DNA of 64,000 bases from Paraphysomonas bandaiensis (lineage: Eukaryota; Protista; Chrysophyceae). The notes below the pieces were generated by a model. It ran no database searches and was not told where the DNA came from. It saw only the letters and a list, made by a program, of their open reading frames with translations. Location of the stretch: NCBI GenBank assembly GCA_965644295.1, contig CBFFRP010000236.1, forward strand, positions 1 through 64,000. Reading direction: 5' to 3'. Shown piece after piece: positions 48,401 through 60,886 of the stretch; the stretch's first letter is position 1; every line of letters begins with the position of its first letter. Made by a program: the position numbers and the translations under genes.

Positions 48401-49429
48401 ATGACGTTTTCAGTATTCGCGCTTCTTCTGATTATTGTTATTGGTCTTGGTTTGGGTGCCACTACCACTGCAGATGATTTCAAATCAGCACTCAGAAAAC
48501 CTAAAGCTGTGATCATTGGATTTGCAAGTCAATATATCTTTATGCCACTAGTTGCATTTGCATTATCACATATATTTAATATGCGTGAAGAATATGCTAT
48601 TGGTTTAATACTTACAGGTGCTTCACCTGGAGGTACAACTAGTAACATATTTACATATTGGAGCAAGGGAAATGTTGCATTGTCAATTACGATGTCATTT
48701 TTCTCCAATGTTGCTGCTTTTGGAATGCTCCCATTCCTGATATTCGTTCTGATAAAAACTGCGTATAACTCATCTATTGTTATTCCATGGGGAAATATCT
48801 TCACTTCTCTGGTACTTATTATAGTTCCTTGTCTCATTGGCCTGTCGGTACGACACTACAACAAGTCTTACAAACTATTTGGGAAATTTTTGTGGGAGTG
48901 GATGGAGAAGCTAACAACGATATTTGGTGTTCTCTTTTTCGTTGGGGCTCTAGTTTTTGGGTTAATAACTTACTATGCCGACATGGCTAGCGCTCCTCTT
49001 TCCTTGTGGGTGTGTGCAATCATCATGGAACCTTGCGGGGCCCTGTTTGGCTATGGGTCTGGTCATATTCTGGGGCTAAACCGAAAAGATTGTCGGACGA
49101 TTGCACTCGAAACAGGCGTGCAGAGCTTCACGCTCACCCTGGCCATCATTGCTTTGTCATTTGAAGGTGAAGAACGAGATCGTGTAATCCTTTTCCCTCT
49201 TCTGTATGGTATGATGTACATCGTCAACTCTGTGTGGATAATTTTATTCCTTCGCTTAATTGTGGCCCCTCATGATGAGAAGGTGTCCCAAGATGTATAC
49301 GTCAAGGCGCCCGCTGCAAGAGATGTAGAAGACCCTAATGACGACGTAGTAAAGGGGGTAGCCGCGACACCTACCGACGTTACCGAAATCGCTTCTTTAG
49401 AAGAACTTTCGTCTATCGAATTGGCTTAA
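48401..49429 (+). CDS. Bile acid:sodium symporter (SLC10/BASS) family
   Basis: QYIFMPL, GASPGGTTSNIFTYWSKGNVALSITMS, RTIALETGVQS, FPLLYG. Confidence 0.93.
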   Translation: MTFSVFALLLIIVIGLGLGATTTADDFKSALRKPKAVIIGFASQYIFMPLVAFALSHIFNMREEYAIGLILTGASPGGTTSNIFTYWSKGNVALSITMSFFSNVAAFGMLPFLIFVLIKTAYNSSIVIPWGNIFTSLVLIIVPCLIGLSVRHYNKSYKLFGKFLWEWMEKLTTIFGVLFFVGALVFGLITYYADMASAPLSLWVCAIIMEPCGALFGYGSGHILGLNRKDCRTIALETGVQSFTLTLAIIALSFEGEERDRVILFPLLYGMMYIVNSVWIILFLRLIVAPHDEKVSQDVYVKAPAARDVEDPNDDVVKGVAATPTDVTEIASLEELSSIELA

Positions 49430-49935
49430 TGAAATTTAAGTGTGCCTTATTACACTACCAGTAATTTTTATGCTATCAAGTGTTTTTTCAATATGAAAAT
49501 CCGTATTCGTTCTCGGCATCTTGCTGATCTGAGTGTCTGTTTTATCTGTGTTTAATATTATCTCATCCTATATCATTCAATGCAAATTTATATGGTAAGT
49601 TTTTCTAATACAAATAGTAAGGGTTAATGTGGAATGCGTAAAACTGTATTGTATACGAACTAGTTGGAATGATAATTGCATGGTGCACTGCTGCAAGTAT
49701 TAGTCCCTTCTCCTACGTTGTGTCATTGGCAATTGGTGCAGCCGTCACACCTACTTATGATGTTATCTGAATATCATCAAAACGTGAGAAAGAGTAGTGT
49801 GTACGAAAAAGTGCCGTGCTTTTTTCTCAAAGCTTCATTTCCATTGCAGCTGTAGGTCGTGGGAAAGGTATATAATCGATACAATACGACAATTGTTGTA
49901 AAAAATATATTGATTTGGTGGACCAGGCCATATAT

Positions 49936-50497
49936 TGAAAGTCTTATTATTAGCAATAGGAGTAGTTAAGTAGCTAGAAGAAAACTAGTCAAGCTAAATA
50001 GATGTCTACCTGTTACTAACTGGTACAAACTCTATTATCCTACTATTTAACCCTACGGTGGCTGCTTGTGCGTCGCCGCAAGCACCAAGCTGCAACCATC
50101 TCCGCTCTATCGCTCAAAGCAAGCGCCGTGAACAAGCAAAATGTTGATATACCTGACATCTGCTAACTTCAGGTTTTTGAGTTCTTAAGATGAACATCCC
50201 GGATGCTTGACTTCAGCAGGAAGTCCAATACCCCGGTTATCCTTCAGGTGGTCCCTGTCCCGGATGCCCTTGAGGTGGGGCCATTCCCTGATGCCTGTTT
50301 ATTCGTCAAGGCCCAAAGACGTCTACACAACTGACACTTATTGGTGTCCCTTGTACCACACAAGCATTCGGCTATGAGTGGGCAGAACAATATCTGCTGT
50401 CTATGATTGCAGCTCACGTTAGTTTCCCGGAGAAATATCTCCGGCAATTATCCCCCAGAACACCACGAAAAGGTGCGAGTAAGACTTTGTTGAGGGG
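49936..50497 (-). repeat. Longest copy of the dispersed LTR-like repeat
   Basis: Homologous to 6986-7412; ends sharply at ...GCTAATAATAAGACTTTCA. Confidence 0.85.
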
Positions 50498-51458
50498 GAC
50501 GGGTCAAAAATTCTATCAATATGTTTCTGTTAATATGCAAAAATATTTCTTCAGTCAGCGAACGCCTGTTCAGCGCATCAAAACTTATTTTATCAGTATT
50601 GCGCAAACGTATGCATCCTACTATACACTTAATATGATCTTGTTTCTGAAACCAAATTTACAGTTGCAGCCGTGTGCATGCATATTTCAATTAATTTTGA
50701 ATGAGTATGGTGATGCTGGTGTCGCCTATATGATGGATCAGAAGATGAGGAAAATTGTGATTAGCTAAGCAGTAGCCAGAAAAATGGGTTCGGTTGTCAT
50801 GACTAGTACTAAAAATGGAATATACGGCTGTATTTACTTACAAATCAATGATACTACTATTATATTTCAATATATTGCTATAGTATTGTAGGGTCAGTTC
50901 AAAAACCTCTATCAATACTATTGATAGAACGCTATTTAACAATATTACTGCAATACATTGTATTAATGTTTTATTAACAAAAGGCTAAAGAAATAAACTC
51001 AAATTTAGGGATGCATAAGATTGTGACTTCACTAATACTATGAACTGTAAACTCTCTGCTTGACAGTGAACCAATCTAGAAGCTTTCAAAGAACGGTGAA
51101 AAATATTTAATTAAAATTGAGTGTTGTGTTCTCTGAGTTTTTGATAAATTTTACTTCCACAGATAAGTAGTACAATTCAATTTTATATTCTCTGTACGAT
51201 GTGATAAATTGATAATATTGTATAGAAACTATATTTTCACATAAAGTAGACAGCATATGACTAAAGGTTATTCATGGGTCCATAATATCGAACAAACAGT
51301 AGTAGAATGTTCTATTTTAGTATAGATAAGTTGTGATAATAGATAATATGAAGATAAGAATGTGTGCGTAATAACTGCGTAATTACTACGTATTGGCCGT
51401 CCAGGATGGGGAGCTGAGGGGCTGAAACACATACATTACAAGGAAGGCGCGTGCGTGT

Positions 51459-52110
51459 TAGGGCTGCGTATCGATTAATTGTCTATATGGTTGTAGTCAA
51501 TTCCAATTGCAATTATTGCTACTTGTTGTTGTCTCAATACCAATTATTTAGTACTAGACTACATTAGCTGCCAATATATAGCTACCTCAACAGCTCTAAA
51601 TGTCGAGGAGTCATACTTTTGCGCTAATCCGTCATAAAAATCTTAGCTCTACTGCACAATCTTTCAACCTTTTTGATTGTGTGGCGTTTAAGCTCTTCAT
51701 TCTGCGGTAAGGAGTTTTCTGATTTAAGTCTTGCTCGCTTCCCCTTCCTGCCACCATCTATCAAACGTTGCGCTGCGTCGTCATTCTGAACTAGGCTCTA
51801 ACTGTCATCATCTCCTTCATCCTCACCGAGCAAATATATTTTAATTCGTTCCTTTTCTGTGTTAAGTCTGTAATATTATAGACAATAAAATATTCCAAAT
51901 CCTCAATGAGCTTGGCATGCTCCATTTCACTTGGTATTATTGGTATTAGACTTAACACGTCGAAACACAAGCTCGCATGATCGCTAATGATTAGATAGAA
52001 ACAAGTAGCGGTCAATCATGGCAAATATGGAGCCTCTTTTCCTGCAGGATTCTCCCGGCATTGCCAAGTCTCTATAATAATTTGCAACCTCTTCGTTATT
52101 AGCATTTATT
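51459..52110 (-). mobile_element. hAT DNA transposon relic (transposase pseudogene plus terminus)
   Basis: Minus-strand frames give GSIFAMIDRYLFL (TRWxS-like block) and VERLCSRAKIFMTD*RKSMTPRHLELL (hAT dimerisation domain). Terminus TAGGGCTGCGTATCGATTAATTG at 51459. Confidence 0.75.
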
Positions 52111-52261
52111 TTCTACACGGTGAAAGTCTTATTATTGTAACAGTGCCAATAATATATCATATACAAATCAGCGAGTAGCGTGTGAACAATAAATAACTGC
52201 TATCGGTCGGTAACAAAAGCAAAAAATATAATACGGTGAAATAAACATACAAGGTTGACTT

Positions 52262-54205
52262 TTATGATATCAAAATTGATCGAGATCTCATTGGTCTAGG
52301 GGAATCTAAGGAATCATCTGGGTCGCCATGGTTCATTGCATCCAAATCCATATCAGCGTTTCGGTCTACGCCTTCGACCGCCGCATCGGCCTGACGAATC
52401 AATTCCTCGATCTTTTTCTTTGGCATTGCTACGATCGTTATATTATGACGCGCAATGTCGAGGCCGATCATCTCATGCTCCTTAGGTACTCTGAACCCAC
52501 CCAAACACTTGTCAACGAACAGATATATGAGTGACGTCACCACTGCTGTCCATCCAGTAGTGAAGAGAATACCAAAGAGCTGCACATATATCTATTGAAA
52601 AAACAGACGAAATTAATAACAAGGAGTATCAAGCTCCGACGCTAACAAGACCTGCTCAACATTTCCATAAAATGCTCCATTTGGATGATCAAATACGCCC
52701 CGGTCATTGGCAAAAAATCCTAACAAAAATCCGCCCACTAGACCACCAATACAATTTAGGGCGAACGTCCCTAGCGGGTCCTCGAATCGGAAATAAGAAT
52801 CTTCTCTGTTCTCAGTACCGAAGTAACAGGCAACTCCTAGCATGGCGGCAACAATAAGTTAGATTCGCATTTGAAAAAGAAAGCGAGAGGTCACACCTGC
52901 TACAGCACTGATAACTATCGCCCCCGTAGGATCAATGTACCCCACCCCTATATGTACACAACGTAACCGCAAAAAACATCAATCCTGCATCCTACCTGCT
53001 GATATGCTCACTAGGCCAGCAATTGAGCCGCTCAGCATTCCTAAACATATTCTCATATAAGGCCGTAATGAAATAATGATATCTGCAATACAGAAAACAA
53101 CGAGCCCGTAGGAAAATTTTCTTATAAGGCTAATATCTATCTCCCTGTCCATGAAAATATACGTATATACAGATATCAACACTATCATTTTCAATATTAT
53201 AGAAACGACTTCTAAATTACCTAAAATACTCGGTCGACCAGTAATAATCCACTCAGTGGCCGTCCAAGAAGCAGCAGCGCCTGTAGCACCCACCATGGTA
53301 ATTACCACAGTTTGTCCAGAATCAATCCCTGCGAACTATATTACAGAACGAATGCAGATGGAAACTACAAGTGCAACTAATATAACTAACAACTACATGT
53401 GTTACTTGCCTGAAGAATATCCAGAGCCCATGTTGAATCCAAACCAACCGACCCACACGAAACATGCGCCCCACACCGACAACAGCATGTTACGACTCTC
53501 AAATCGCTCCTCTGTATCTATTCTGGGACCGATATAAAACGAGGCTAGAAAAGCAGAGACTCCAGCTGATATGTGAACAACATTACCCCCAGCAAAGTCA
53601 AGGACATCAATTTTGGCTAAAAATCCATCTGGATGACTGTGACTGTGGCTTAGTGGACAGTATATTAGAAGAAGCCAGAGAGACATGAATATAAGGAGCT
53701 GAAGAATCTTCGCCCGGCACGCAAACCCCCCCACGATCAACGCACATGATATTATGGCGTTTGACAGCTTGAACATGCAGAAGACGGACTCCGGGATATT
53801 AGGTGCCAACTGATGACTTGTATCAATCCGTAACCCATCAAACCAAAATCTGGAGGCGTCTCCGAATACACTCGGTCGATCATAGTTATCACTTTCATTA
53901 ACTGGAGCAAGTGCTAAGCTATAACCGAATAGCATCCATACAACTGTTATGGTACTTGCAATGGCTATACACTCCACGAATGTTGAGAGGACATGACGTA
54001 CTTTAACAGCACCTGAATAAAATAATGCAATACCCGGTAGAGTCATAAATACAACTAAAACAGCTGATCCTAATACTAATGCAGTATCACCATGATCATA
54101 ATCACTATGTAAACGTCTGTTCATAACACTCTCTTGTATAGATTGAAACTCTTGAGATAATTCCAAGAATTCTCTATGAAGATCATTGAAATTAGGGGCT
54201 GTCAT
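52262..54205 (-). CDS. Ammonium transporter (Amt/Mep) family, divergent pore residues, multi-exon
   Basis: LVVFMTLPGIALFYSG, GYSLAL, LDFAGGNVVHISAG, WVGWFGFN, GLVSISAG, QLFGIL, GFRV...EMIGLD. Confidence 0.93.
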
Positions 54206-54814
54206 GATATCGTTATGAAGTAATGCAAGTAATCATTTGGTTTCTATGGAGATGAAGTGATTGTATTGATAGAGTGATGTGGGCAGGAGGGTGATGGAGT
54301 GCTGCAGATTAGAGTTGAGATGGCCAAATATTTATGTATGTATGTATATGTATGTACAGTATGTATATGTATGTGTGTATGTATATGTATACCGAGAGGA
54401 GGGTCATGTACTCTAGTGTACGTCCACTTGGATATGGGTGACCATCATGCATGAGTGTCGGCCTATGTACTTGCATGTACTTCTTGGTGTGGCAGGGTGT
54501 ACCCATGTACTTGCATGATATACTAGCAATTCCTAGTCGACTGTACCCATGTACAGTGCAGCCGATGTACCAACATACTCACATACTATATGTGGTGGTG
54601 TACCCATGTACTTGTATGATGTGGTCGGATGTACTCATATACTTTTATGACATAGTCGATGTACTTGTCAGTGTCGAGAGGTGTACCTACATACATACTC
54701 ATATGAGCGATCTGGCAATGCATCCATCTACATAGATCACAGATTAGATTAGAGTCCTTACAATGACCTCCACTTACTTCCACTCTCTACTCCCAACACA
54801 ATGAATCGTAAACA

Positions 54815-55762
54815 ATGCAAATGAGCAGATCTCAGGAGAGTAATGCATCAAATAAACGGTTGAAGCCATCACCAGAGATCAGTTTCAGAGTAATATATGA
54901 GCACAGAGCACTCGCAATGCGTATCACTCATTTTATCGAAGCTGAGGATGCTGCCAAGTTGGCATTAGCATCGAATAGCACTTTGAGTATGGTAAACACT
55001 CTAAATGAAGTATGGAAGTTTCATATTGAAAGATATTTTTGTCTCCATCTCCCTGACTGTCAATGCAGCCTACATCAGTTTAGTCTCTTAGCGGAGCAAC
55101 GAATTATTAATTGGAATGTCGTCTTATCTACTCACCTGTTTTGGGCTCGATTGGGCTACTCAATAAGCTCTGAATTTGAGGATTTAGAAGTGTTCGGTGA
55201 GTCTTTTTGTGCTTCGTTTCCGTGTAACGAGTCATCGAAACTGGAGAACTCTTTTCCTGACTGGAATGATGGACATCGACTACATTTTACACTTCCTGGG
55301 GGATATTTTCTATCATTTGAAGTGAATGATCACACAATGAGTACCTGGCGCATTGGTTTAACCAAAGAGAACGGTGAAGTAAGTGAATCATATGTGCTAT
55401 GTCGGGTGGATGGCCATCCCATTGGTACCTTTAAGGCAATTTCTTTCAAGGAGGCCAAAGTTCTGGTTGCATATATCACTCAGCACTGCACCCTGCCTCC
55501 AAAATTTAGTTCAGAGTTTCTATGGCCTCTTCTGTTCCCGGCCGTAGCATGCACCCACGATCTCTTGCCGCATCTAGACGAATATATGGGCCTTCTTAAA
55601 TGCAGCGGCTTGGAGCGATTGGAACTTGACGATGGAAACTGGTGTGATTTTGAAATGATTCTTATGTCTAAGATTGAAGGGTCTAATATAAAGCTCAGGA
55701 ATTGGGATGAGAATGTAAAAGATGTGTTTGATAGTGCATATCGGTACCTAGAAAACGTGTGA
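54815..55762 (+). CDS. F-box-like protein of unknown function, single exon
   Basis: 315-aa ORF; RITHFIEAEDAAKLALASNSTLSMVNTLNEVWKFHIERYF resembles an F-box. Confidence 0.6.
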   Translation: MQMSRSQESNASNKRLKPSPEISFRVIYEHRALAMRITHFIEAEDAAKLALASNSTLSMVNTLNEVWKFHIERYFCLHLPDCQCSLHQFSLLAEQRIINWNVVLSTHLFWARLGYSISSEFEDLEVFGESFCASFPCNESSKLENSFPDWNDGHRLHFTLPGGYFLSFEVNDHTMSTWRIGLTKENGEVSESYVLCRVDGHPIGTFKAISFKEAKVLVAYITQHCTLPPKFSSEFLWPLLFPAVACTHDLLPHLDEYMGLLKCSGLERLELDDGNWCDFEMILMSKIEGSNIKLRNWDENVKDVFDSAYRYLENV

Positions 55763-56374
55763 GTTGTGAGTTTAATATGCACTGTGAATATGTCTGTAAA
55801 TTATTGCTATTATCTGAGATGTACCGTGGAGAATTTCGCAACATCAATGTTATTAAAAATATAAAACATCCTAAATTTAATTATCACAGTAGATTATCTA
55901 AGTATGTAAACAAAGGTCGTAGAGCAATAGAGAAGACTATTTCTTTATTTACTATTTATGTTATTCCATCTAGTATATGAGCAGTTCAGAAATAACCGGC
56001 ACGTAATGACTTGAATGGTGAGTGGTATTTGCTACTGTGCTACACGTATGATAAGTACAGTGTGAAAACTGACAATACTATCCTTAATCCGTAAGTGTAA
56101 GAAAATATGAATAGGAGGTAATCCAATACCTATTAACTACTTGGGGATATTAGTGATATAGGCGATAATAGCGAATATGTAGTTTTCAGTTACATTTTTG
56201 CATCTGAGACCACACTCTAGGTAGTACTAACAAACTATTAACGACATATATACTCGCTATGTCCAGCCGAATTGGCAAATACAGCCAGATACATTGGGAC
56301 ATGTGCAAGCGATAAAGTACAATAAAACGTAAAACCTGCATTGCCCTTGAACAGTGCAACACCTATTACTATTG

Positions 56375-57630
56375 CTACTCAAACTCTTGCCTTTTTCGGT
56401 AAGATATATCCCAGTACGGGTCCACCACTTCAAGACTCCATCGGTATAACTCCCTAGATATGGCATCTGGACACCTGGACTTGGGGTGCTCAATGTGAAT
56501 ACCATAGTTAATATGCTGAAATAATGCCTTAAAAGGGCAAACTACTATCTTAATGAACCACATTTTCAACCCAAAAAAGGCTAGTAATTGCAAGAATAAC
56601 CTCCCAAGATAAGTGTGTAGCCAGAAACTCCAGGAGTTTGACAGGTGCTCTCCGCCACAAAGGGTTGGGTCAAAGAGTGCATGTAGCGGGGACAGACACG
56701 CCGCCTCTGGAGTGTACAGCATAACGCCCAGAAGCGCCCTCGCTAAGGGGTGTCTAGGAACCATTGATGTATCTGTCAGTCCTGGTGACACGGAAATAAC
56801 TTTCAAGTCTGTCTCTAAATCTGCGTCTAGCGCTCGCTGCAGCTCTTTCGTGTGCATCACCTGAGCCAACTTGCTGTTGCGATAGGCGTTCATCCAATGA
56901 TGCCGAGTGTTGATATCACCATTCGATGCTACTGGTGAATAGCTTTTGGCCCCAGTGTTTGATGCAGTCTCAGCAGATAAGCAGGAGAGTTCGGACCCAT
57001 CTACTAGCATGTGGGATGTGCTAGAAACATTGACTACGCGTGCCTTACATGTCCGCTTCAGAACAGGTAGAAGGAGCTCGGTGAGGAGAAAAGGACCTAA
57101 ATAGTTAGTAGCAAACGCAAGGTCGTATCCTTGTTTGCTTCTTAGATACTCAGTTGATGTACACTTAGAACTGCAACTCATATAGTTTATTCCTACATTG
57201 TTGATCAACGCATCCAAACGGTTGAAGTGACTGCGAAACCAGGCGACAAATGCGGCCACGTCCTCCAGATCAGACATATTAACAGATTTCACGTGGACAA
57301 CTCCACTGGAGTCAGTGAACTGCTTCCTTAAGTATTCCGCAGTCTCTATGCATCTTTTCGAACTGTGAGCAGCTATTATAACAGTGGCACCCATCTGTAG
57401 TATATAACAGAGTCATACATCTAATCCTACAATAAGATTATAATTACCTTATAGAGCTGAACAGCTAGTGCTTTACCAATACCGGATGTAGATCCCGTGA
57501 TAATGATAACCTTACTAGTCATGGGATGAGACCCTGACGATGAGAAATACTCCCTTGCCATTGAATGAATACTGTCCACTGGTAACACAGCGGGTTGTCC
57601 AAATGACAGACCTTCCAAGTAAGCTGACAT
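56375..57630 (-). CDS. Short-chain dehydrogenase/reductase (retinol-DH/WWOX-like), 2 exons
   Basis: IITGSTSGIGKALA, LINNVG, FATNYLGPFLLT, VVNVSS, YRNSK, VSPGLTDT. Confidence 0.93.
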
Positions 57631-57685
57631 ATTTTGGGATTGGAGATTAGTTCCAGGGATAGTTATGGAACAAATCAACATCATT

Positions 57686-57998
57686 TATGTATGTATGTAT
57701 GTATGTATGTATGTATGTATGTATGTATGTATGTATGTATGTATGTATGTATGTATGTATGTATGTATGTAGGTATGTATGTATGTATGTATGTATGTAT
57801 GTATGTATGTATGTATGTATGTATGTATGTAGGTAGGTAGGTAGGTAGGTAGGTAGTAGGTAGGTATGTATGTATGTATGTATGTATGTATGTACGTATG
57901 TATGTATGTATGTATGTATGTATGTATGTATGTATGTATGTATGTATGTATGTATGTATGTATGTATGTATGTATGTATGTATGTATGTATGTATGTA
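57686..57998. repeat. (TATG)n microsatellite with an internal (TAGG)n block
   Basis: Direct reading; lies between the divergent starts at 57630 and 58114. Confidence 0.98.
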
Positions 57999-58113
57999 GG
58001 GGGTATGAAAATGCCAGTTTACAGCGCAGTTGAACGTAATTTACAGTGCACACCAACAGTGTGCGCGCACTTATTTATCTGTGCTTGGGAATCGGTCAAA
58101 TTGACCCCCGAGA

Positions 58114-59838
58114 ATGTTTTCAGAAGATAGGAAGAGAAGATTTCACGATAGTTGTGAAGATGACAGATATGAAGGTGGTCCTCCACAGTTCAAAAGGCGA
58201 GCTAGTCTAGGATACTCCCATGACAGTAGACCACATGAAAGGTTCTTGATATGTGTGAATTAGTACTCTTATAATATATGTGGTCGTGATAGGCATGCTA
58301 GTGAGTATCAAGGTCACTCATCGTCCCATCGCAACGAATATACAACTCACAATAGAGATAGAAGGATAAGTAAAGGCCGCGGGGCTTCTGGTACTCCTGG
58401 GAGGTATAATAGGAGCAGGAGCCCATCTCCTGGACCGCCTCCACATATGCAGCGACGATGGTCGGATCATGGTATTGCGGATTGATGAAGTATATACCAT
58501 GTAATATGACTTACTTACAGGAAATTACGGGCATGCTGACGATAGAGGGGACTTTAGAAGAGGTAGTCGAGGGCCTTCGGGTGAATAAATAATTTGTATA
58601 TATATGAACATGGTTGTCGTATCGAATATGAGTGTCGTGTAGCATAGTAATTGGACTGCTCTTCTTGATAATATCGGCTCTTGTCTGTTCAGGTCAAGGA
58701 CAGAGTTATCGCTCAGTCACAACACCTCGTCCCATGCCTTCACAAGGACTTGGACAAAGAGAGGGTAGATATGTTACCCCATCTCACACCACTCCTGCCA
58801 CTAGTCATCCCCCTGATATAGGTATAACCACTATCATTTCCACACCATCGATCCCTGTTATGTCTAGTGTGTATCTCGACAAGGCACAATTCTAATTGCT
58901 GTCCATTCAGACCCTAGCCTGCGTCGTATTGCTAATATAGAGTGTGCCCTATTGGACTGTGCATTCTCCCGTGCACTTCTTCGGATTGGAATGTCCCCCC
59001 GTGAAGGTGGCTACAAACGCCAGGCCTCAGCTACTGACAAGTCCGTTGTTACCCCTCAAACACCTGGAGTGGTTGATGTAAATGAAAGCGCAAGGGATAT
59101 GGCCCGTCGGGTCCCTCCAGTAACACCGAGTGAAGGGCTTGGCACGCCTGCCAGTAGTACCCCACTTATCACGCCGACACCCGGTCGAAGAGGAAACCGC
59201 CCTTCCCGGTTCTCCTCCGGCCCACCAGTCCCGCCCAGTAATGCTACTCCAGTGCCTACCCCTCCAACTGTGTATCGCCCACCGTCTGGCGATGATGTTG
59301 TTATGGAAGACGTTGGCAATCCTGAAAGACCTCTCGGTGCATCGGCCCCAGGTATGGCGTTGCTCATTTGTACCTGAAGTATTACTTATTTCACTTGAAC
59401 TTGCGATTAGGTATTGTTGTTGGAGCCAATGCTACTATGTTGCGAACAACTTCCAATAGTTTTGGCCACAGTAATGTCAGTAACAATTCCCCTTCACTGC
59501 ACCGGGTGCAACCTGATTCTGCACCTCGTAAGCTAAGTACTCCGCTGAGTACACATCGCGAGGCGAACGCTGTTCCGCCAGGTGTGCATGGTAATTACCG
59601 TCCACATACGTCAGGGAGAGGGCCTTCTCCCCAAGTACATAGTGGACAACGCGGATATAGTCATGGAAGTCGGGAGAGCCGAGGAGATGGATGGGGGCCT
59701 GGGTGGAATCAGCAGCAGCCTCCAGGAGGGGGGCGTGGAGGTGCTGGTTATTATAATAGAGGAGGGGGGAGGGGAGGTAGAAACTTTAGAGGGGGTGGAG
59801 GCATGGGTAGAGGTCCACCACCACAAGGAAGATATTGA
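58114..59838 (+). CDS. Disordered Pro/Gly/Arg-rich protein with C-terminal RGG repeats, multi-exon
   Basis: MFSEDRKRRFHDSCEDDRYEGGPPQFKRRAS..., TP-rich middle, ...GGGRGGAGYYNRGGGRGGRNFRGGGGMGRGPPPQGRY*; short GT-AG introns. Confidence 0.65.
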
Positions 59839-60886
59839 TTGCTAGTCCGTGCCATATTTTTTGTATTTACTATTGTGTTGCGATTGTTGTTGAACTTTGA
59901 TCACTTGCTTGCTTGCTTGCATATAAACGTTTGCCATATATTGGTATAATAATTAATATTTTATAGTACACACACAGCTCTACGTTTTGTCGATGACGAA
60001 ACAAGAAACGTATAAAACAATATAACTCTGGACAAACTTATCAGAAAACACATATGAGTGGTATAATGTAAAACATGTTCTTTGGCATAAATCGTAGTTG
60101 GACTTATCTAGTCTGGATGCATATAGTAGCAACAAAGCTAACCACAGCACATTAATAAAAGCGTTCCCAAAGGTCGATTGTGGTAAGTTAATCAACAACA
60201 ATAATAAAATATGGGCAAATGGTACTATATTCTATATTCTATATAAAACATACTTTGTTACGTCTTATGCTATGATATATGGCCACAGTCGTATGCACTG
60301 TCATATGAGTTACTCTTTCAAATAGCGTTTACTTTCTATTAGTGTAAATAACAATGAAATGAACCGGTAGGTTGATACTCAATCAACTACTACTCTTGGT
60401 GGAGTGATATCCGGTGCATAACAATGCCCGTAAACACACAGAGTGTCATGTCCCAGTGCACATCTTTGGACCGTTGAGATGGTAGTTTAGGAGCGTATTT
60501 CACGTATATTTCCTCGAAAGTATACAGTCCGTATTCTACGTATAACAAACTGTATTAGATGTATGTATAGTGTTGTATATGTTATGGTCAGTTGCACACT
60601 CTAATTATATGATGGATTTTTTACTATAGAAATAACACGTAGAGAGATAACATATACAAGTCTGCGTATGTATGTATGTGTAGGTGTGTATATACGGGTA
60701 GCATCCTATACATACATAGAGTTTGATTATAAGAATTACAATACACTATGACATTAACTCTATCCCCCCCCCTTGTAGTACATACAGAGTATGATTAGTT
60801 TAACCCTTATGTCAATGACAATACAGTGTGTGTATTAGACCGATACATAAGTTCACAGTAGTGAATTATCGGTCATTTGAAGGAGA

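Noticed and set aside
60360-60500. Two branched stem-loops separated by ATAACA (ANANNA), H/ACA-like
   Set aside because: No ACA box after the second stem and no recognisable rRNA guide; could be chance folding.
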